From: a virus
Taxonomy: Duplodnaviria > Caudoviricetes
IMG/VR virus record: IMGVR_UViG_3300025853_000126
Coordinates: 1-52,361 of that record
DNA: 52,361 bases
Strand: one strand, 5' to 3'
Position 1 is the stretch's first letter; the number at the start of each line of letters is the position of its first letter. Under the pieces are notes generated by a model that ran no database searches, was not told the DNA's origin, and was given only the letters and a program-made list of their open reading frames with translations. Made by a program: the position numbers and the translations under genes. Below are positions 48,103 to 52,361 of the stretch, one piece after another.

Positions 48103-48275
48103 GCTTTATGTACTGATGCGGAAACCTCTTGTGATACTATTTGTATAGTATTACCAGTTTTATGGGTGATAATAGGTACGTACGAGTAAGTTTTAGTAGT
48201 ACTACAACTAACACAATTTTTATAACCTAATTCTAATCTTACTGGGTGCACAGTATTTCCACATCTACAATACAT
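48087..48275 (-). CDS. DksA/TraR-like C4 zinc-finger protein
   Basis: CRCGNTVHPVRLELGYKNCVSC. Confidence 0.6.
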   Translation of the reverse strand: MYCRCGNTVHPVRLELGYKNCVSCSTTKTYSYVPIITHKTGNTIQIVSQEVSASVHKAWRRK

Positions 48276-48292
48276 ATTTATTATTTTATATT

Positions 48293-48323
48293 ATTATCCA
48301 AAGATATTTTAATTTTGTTTGTA
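48293..48323 (-). promoter_or_regulatory. Early promoter motif (copy 3)
   Basis: TACAAAC-N16-TGGATAAT. Confidence 0.75.
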
Positions 48324-48324
48324 A

Positions 48325-48531
48325 TTACTCGCCAAGTTCAATGGAATAATCTGTATCGAGTAATATATCTTCTATTGATTGCTTGTCATACCAATCAGAG
48401 TCAAACCATCTATTTTCCCATCTGTCTATTATAGTTTGCTCACCTTGTTGTTTACCTAGTCCGTAACTAGTACCAATTATTGCTATAGTAAATAGCGCTG
48501 TTCTTAAATTTTTATTTATTTTCATCTCCAT
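48325..48531 (-). CDS. Small membrane-anchored protein
   Basis: N-terminal hydrophobic helix. Confidence 0.6.
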   Translation of the reverse strand: MEMKINKNLRTALFTIAIIGTSYGLGKQQGEQTIIDRWENRWFDSDWYDKQSIEDILLDTDYSIELGE

Positions 48532-48737
48532 ATTTTATTAAATGCCGCTTTATATTGTTTAGGGAACGAAGATTTTTGCGGAATAGTATATCTTTTGTCT
48601 CCCATACCTTTACACTCACCGTAGATTTTAATGATTTCTACGTGTTGTGCTTTACGAGCTAACTTCTTCTGTCTGTTATACTCGCATAATTCTTTCATAT
48701 TAGTAACTACCATGGTAATTCTGTTTTTTCTACCCAA
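48522..48737 (-). CDS. Hypothetical basic protein
   Basis: 71-aa ORF; start may be the internal Met. Confidence 0.55.
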   Translation of the reverse strand: MGRKNRITMVVTNMKELCEYNRQKKLARKAQHVEIIKIYGECKGMGDKRYTIPQKSSFPKQYKAAFNKIWR

Positions 48738-48898
48738 GTTAAACCTTTGAAGTTAAACCAGTGTGATTTGCCATATGAGTCTTTGTCTTCATTGTAAAGA
48801 AAACCAAATGAGTTAGGAAGTTCACCGACATTATAGCCTTTATAACTAATGCCATTTAGTTTTAATGTAGTTTTAGAAGTAAATTTAATTGTATTCAT
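48707..48898 (-). CDS. Hypothetical protein
   Basis: Start moved to MNTIKF, downstream of the promoter. Confidence 0.6.
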   Translation of the reverse strand: MNTIKFTSKTTLKLNGISYKGYNVGELPNSFGFLYNEDKDSYGKSHWFNFKGLTWVEKTELPW

Positions 48899-48913
48899 AT
48901 TTGATTTTATTAT

Positions 48914-48944
48914 ATTATCCAATAGATTTTATATTTTGTTTGTA
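48914..48944 (-). promoter_or_regulatory. Early promoter motif (copy 4)
   Basis: TACAAAC-N16-TGGATAAT. Confidence 0.75.
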
Positions 48945-49038
48945 ATATTCTTTATTAAACTTATAGTAATAGTTATCTTCTATCATTTTAATTTGATTAC
49001 TATTTAACTTGAATAGTTCTTTATGTTTATGTTTTCTT

Positions 49039-49257
49039 TTAGTCACCAGTCCAATTATTGTGGTTATTTTCATACATTGAAGCTAAACCTTCAGCTCTAA
49101 GTTCTGACAATTCTTTATAGTAATCTGCATTGATTAACTTATCATCTCGCCATAGTTCTACATTTTCACGATGAGGTGATGAGTAGTGTTCGTTGTTTAT
49201 TTCACAGTGAAACCAATCACATTGAAACTTAGTGTTATATGTTTTTCTTATTACCAT
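49039..49257 (-). CDS. Hypothetical protein
   Basis: 72-aa ORF. Confidence 0.6.
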   Translation of the reverse strand: MVIRKTYNTKFQCDWFHCEINNEHYSSPHRENVELWRDDKLINADYYKELSELRAEGLASMYENNHNNWTGD

Positions 49258-49391
49258 CCGCCAAATGTTATTGTGTTGAAGTCAACGTTAAATATTAAGT
49301 GATATGTTAGGTTTAAGAAACCGAAAGCAAACAATGAAGTTAAACCTATTAATAATGTATTGATTGCGTAGTGTTGAAATTTTCTTTTCAT
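49251..49391 (-). CDS. Small membrane protein
   Basis: 46 aa, MKRKFQHYAINTLLIGLTSLFAFGFLNL... Confidence 0.55.
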   Translation of the reverse strand: MKRKFQHYAINTLLIGLTSLFAFGFLNLTYHLIFNVDFNTITFGGW

Positions 49392-49410
49392 AGTTGTAAT
49401 ATTAATTTGT

Positions 49411-49457
49411 TAGTTCTAGTGTGTGTAGTCGAAACACACCTCTGCTCCAAGACTAGA
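49411..49457 (-). ncRNA. tRNA-like minihelix (acceptor stem + T arm, no anticodon arm)
   Basis: TCTAGT-CTTGGAGCAGAG-GTGTGT-TTCGACT-ACACAC-ACTAGA-ACTA. Confidence 0.5.
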
Positions 49458-49473
49458 TTTTAAGTTGTGTTGT

Positions 49474-49707
49474 TTATTTTATTTCAACAACATTTCTTAC
49501 TTTGACAGGTACATTAGTTGAACTTGTGTATGAATTATATTTTATAAAACAAGGTAAAGTTTCAAGTGTAGATTTCATAATGTTATACACTTCGTCATGA
49601 TTATAAGTACATGATTTACCATTTTTAAATTCAACATTAATAGTAGTGTCTTTTCCGATTAGAGATTTACGTATTACAAATCTTTTAGAGTTAATTGTGT
49701 TTGTCAT
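49474..49707 (-). CDS. Hypothetical protein
   Basis: 77-aa ORF behind promoter copy 5. Confidence 0.7.
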   Translation of the reverse strand: MTNTINSKRFVIRKSLIGKDTTINVEFKNGKSCTYNHDEVYNIMKSTLETLPCFIKYNSYTSSTNVPVKVRNVVEIK

Positions 49708-49751
49708 AATTTTAAGTATTAAGTTATTATTATTATTATTTAGTTTATTAT

Positions 49752-49782
49752 ATTATCCAGTTAGTTATATATTTTGTTTGTA
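49752..49782 (-). promoter_or_regulatory. Early promoter motif (copy 5)
   Basis: TACAAAC-N16-TGGATAAT. Confidence 0.75.
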
Positions 49783-49815
49783 ATTAGAAGTGTTAATTTG
49801 TTTAGTGTGTAATAA

Positions 49816-49861
49816 TGTCATAATGTCATTGCACATTGTGTCATGATGTGACAATATGTCA
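49816..49861. repeat. Cluster of TGTCA half-sites including TGACA-N3-TGTCA
   Basis: TGTCA at 49816, 49824, 49839 and 49857; TGACA at 49849. Confidence 0.55.
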
Positions 49862-49863
49862 TA

Positions 49864-50100
49864 TTATATTATTATATATTTTAAGTCAAGTTCGTCAGTA
49901 TGAATTGAGTATTTAATATTATTTTGTTGTAATAATTCTATAGTATGTGGAAAATAGTCAATTGTGTATTCGAATAGTATAAAAGTATTATTTTTAAATT
50001 GTTTTGATTTTATTTGATTGTCAATAAAGAATTGAGTTGAGTCAGAAATGTAATGAATTTCGTGATTTGGTAATATTGATTGTAATTTAGTGTAAGTCAT
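49864..50100 (-). CDS. Hypothetical protein (first early gene)
   Basis: 78-aa ORF behind promoter copy 6. Confidence 0.65.
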   Translation of the reverse strand: MTYTKLQSILPNHEIHYISDSTQFFIDNQIKSKQFKNNTFILFEYTIDYFPHTIELLQQNNIKYSIHTDELDLKYIII

Positions 50101-50125
50101 TTTATTAATTATTTTAATTTATTAT

Positions 50126-50156
50126 ATTATCCACTAAAACTCAAAAAACGTTTGTA
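50126..50156 (-). promoter_or_regulatory. Early promoter motif (copy 6)
   Basis: TACAAAC-N16-TGGATAAT. Confidence 0.75.
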
Positions 50157-50360
50157 AAAAATAGGTAAAAAAGGGTGGGGCTGGTGAAAAAAAGGCGTTT
50201 TACATAGAAAAGTAAGAAAAAAAAGTGGAGGGGGTATGCCATACCTCTCTATTTGTAACGACTATTCCAAAACTCTCCCCCCTTATGATATTATACTACG
50301 TATAATATCTAGATAGGAGTAAGGTATTATATAATAGATATACTATATTACACAGCTTTT
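50157..50360. other. Divergent non-coding region with inverted repeats (candidate genome terminus/origin)
   Basis: G/C and A tracts; hairpin ~50230-50248; perfect 10-bp inverted repeat 50287-50309. Confidence 0.4.
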
Positions 50361-50361
50361 A

Positions 50362-50389
50362 GTAAATTTACTGCTTTTTGTGTGAGTAT
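50362..50389 (+). promoter_or_regulatory. Putative late promoter GTAAATT-N13-GTGAGTAT
   Basis: Heads the + strand fibre operon; matches the second promoter class. Confidence 0.5.
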
Positions 50390-50414
50390 ATACTTATAGA
50401 TAAAAAAATTAAAT

Positions 50415-50879
50415 ATGGCAAGAATAATCGCATATCAATCAACAACTCCAGCTACTGATGATTTACTTCTAGGTACGCAGAAAACAACAAGTGGGACGAA
50501 TAAAACGAATCCTACAAAGAACTTCACTGTAGATTCTGTAGTACAAGCAGGTTTGGGTTACACAGTATATACAGCGCTTGTGACACAAACAGGAACTGGA
50601 GCACCAGTTGCAACAATACTAAAAAATAACACAACAGCAACGTTAACTTGGGCTAGGACAGTAGGTGGTACGTATACCGTAACAGCTAATAGTAATATTT
50701 TCACTGCTAATAAAACAGTGGTATTTATGAATTATGGTAATCCACCCTCAGATGCACTACCTCCTAAGTGGGTTAGAACATCAGACACAGTAATAACTGT
50801 AACCACACAAGATGAACAAGCAGTTCTTGATGATGGTGTTTTAAATGGAGCAGCTTTTGAAATAAGAATTTACTCATAA
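50415..50879 (+). CDS. Small tail/fibre-associated structural protein
   Basis: Thr-rich beta protein; N-terminus resembles that of the next gene. Confidence 0.65.
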   Translation: MARIIAYQSTTPATDDLLLGTQKTTSGTNKTNPTKNFTVDSVVQAGLGYTVYTALVTQTGTGAPVATILKNNTTATLTWARTVGGTYTVTANSNIFTANKTVVFMNYGNPPSDALPPKWVRTSDTVITVTTQDEQAVLDDGVLNGAAFEIRIYS

Positions 50880-50886
50880 TATACAC

Positions 50887-52361
50887 ATGGCAATAATATA
50901 TTCATACCCTCAAATAAACTTATCCAGTATATCTGCTGATGACTTAATGATTATATCTGATATGAATGCAGATGGTAGACCTACCAAATCATTAACATTG
51001 AAAAATCTAGCAGATTTTGTTACCTCAACTGGTACAGGTACTGGTACAACTAACAAAATAATTAAGTGGTCTGACGGTCCAGCTGGTTTACTAGGTGATT
51101 CTATTATGAACGAAGACGTAGACAAGATCTATGTAGATGGTCAATTAAGAATTGGTTCATCTTCTGGCGCTTCAAGAATTCAGATTTTTCATGATGTATT
51201 AGATAGTGACAATACTTTTAGTTCTGGAGGAGCAACAGGATCACAAATCATTGGTAGAAGAAATGAATTATATATAGAAAATAGAGGAGCTTCAAGAGGA
51301 GATATAATATTTAAAGCAAATAATGGTGAGAATAACGGGTCTGTGGATACGTATTTCTTATTAGATGCTAGCATGGCTGATATTGGTACTAGTGCTATAT
51401 ATACTAGATGGCCTGATCATTCTCGTATAGTTTTAGGTAATTCATCAAATGTGAACAGTCTTGACTTTGAAATGTATCATGATGGTGGGACTGGTCTTAA
51501 AAATGGCGCGTCTAATTTAAGTATCACTAGTAAAGGTGGTATATTTATTGAAAATGAAACTGGTGGTGAAATAGAAATACATAATAATATAAATAGTGAT
51601 TTTAATATTAGATCAGAAGGAGATATTAAACTAAAAGGTTCTGGAGGCGCTGAGTATTTTAGAGTAGATAGTGGTGTAGGTGAAGCAATTTTCTATAAAC
51701 AAGCACAAGTACCACTTGTACCTACAGCAAATACGCATGCTACTTCAAAACAATATGTTGATCAACAAATAGCAAGTATACCAGCAGGTCTTGTATTTCA
51801 AGGTAACTGGGATGCTAACGCAAACTCTCCAACATTAGCATCGGGAACAGGTACTGTGGGTAACTACTATGTAGTGTCTGTAGCTGGTAATACAGACTTA
51901 GATGGTATTACTGACTGGGAAGTTGGTGACTGGGCTGTATTTGTAGAAGTTGGTGGTGTTGATAAATGGGATAAGATAGATCAAACATTTGTACAAGGTG
52001 CAGGAGCTACTGGTCAAGTTAGTTTCTGGAGCGGCATAAACTCTGTTACAGGTGATAATGATTTTTTCTGGGACAACACAAATAAAAGATTAGGTATTGG
52101 TACTACTACTCCTGCCGCTGCACTAGATGTAGTTGGTAGAATAGGATTAAATGATGGTAACAACAACGTGTCTGTTGGAGATTTAGCTGGAGACGCGCTT
52201 ACTACAGGTAATAATAATACCGTGGTAGGTTATTATGCGTTAAGCGCTGAAACATTAGGCGATAGAAACGTTGCTCTAGGTGCTTATGCTTTGCATAATC
52301 AAAACAACACTTCTGATACAGATGTATATAATATAGCTATAGGTTATCAAGCTGGTTTATC
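50887..52361 (+). CDS. Tail fibre protein, N-terminal part (3'-truncated)
   Basis: ATG at 50887 (MAIIYSYPQ...), open to the window end; HATSKQYVD, FQGNWDA, RLGIGTTTP and N.A.G..AL beta-repeats; absent from the ORF track. Confidence 0.85.
   Translation, partial: MAIIYSYPQINLSSISADDLMIISDMNADGRPTKSLTLKNLADFVTSTGTGTGTTNKIIKWSDGPAGLLGDSIMNEDVDKIYVDGQLRIGSSSGASRIQIFHDVLDSDNTFSSGGATGSQIIGRRNELYIENRGASRGDIIFKANNGENNGSVDTYFLLDASMADIGTSAIYTRWPDHSRIVLGNSSNVNSLDFEMYHDGGTGLKNGASNLSITSKGGIFIENETGGEIEIHNNINSDFNIRSEGDIKLKGSGGAEYFRVDSGVGEAIFYKQAQVPLVPTANTHATSKQYVDQQIASIPAGLVFQGNWDANANSPTLASGTGTVGNYYVVSVAGNTDLDGITDWEVGDWAVFVEVGGVDKWDKIDQTFVQGAGATGQVSFWSGINSVTGDNDFFWDNTNKRLGIGTTTPAAALDVVGRIGLNDGNNNVSVGDLAGDALTTGNNNTVVGYYALSAETLGDRNVALGAYALHNQNNTSDTDVYNIAIGYQAGL

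Noticed and set aside
1-52361. Stop-codon reassignment, DGR, CRISPR array, integrase, introns/inteins
   Set aside because: Genes tile densely under the standard code with TAG and TGA used as true stops; no RT, spacer-repeat array, recombinase or interrupted core gene was seen

Overview
This is an AT-rich, apparently near-complete genome of a lytic tailed phage with podovirus-like (crAss/Flavobacteria-phage-like) virion architecture. A Bacteroidota host is inferred from A-rich, Shine-Dalgarno-less start contexts and GNVGIGT fibre repeats. Both window ends fall inside tail-fibre coding sequence. The + strand carries fibres, a GroES-like protein, terminase, portal, scaffold, major capsid protein, ring/muzzle proteins, ejection proteins including a 2907-aa polyvalent protein, an envelope/lysis block and an M15 endolysin. 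The - strand carries small early genes, tRNA-fMet, ligase, a DenV-like glycosylase, a sigma factor, ERF/exonuclease/SSB, primase-helicase, a thymidylate-synthase-fold enzyme, a MazG fusion, a resolvase and class Ia RNR. No integrase, CRISPR, reverse transcriptase or DNA polymerase was recognised. Main findings: (1) a 231-codon +1-frame lipoprotein-like ORF overprinted in terminase that coincides with a GC spike; (2) a T4 gp42-like (Asp-type, dCMP) enzyme next to a GIY-YIG-like/MazG fusion, suggesting cytosine modification; (3) six exact TACAAAC-N16-TGGATAAT early promoter motifs plus a second promoter class; (4) an anticodon-less tRNA-like minihelix and a structured non-coding region 5' of the tRNA; (5) a phage-encoded outer-membrane/periplasmic cassette. 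All calls come from manual motif reading; no database searches were run.
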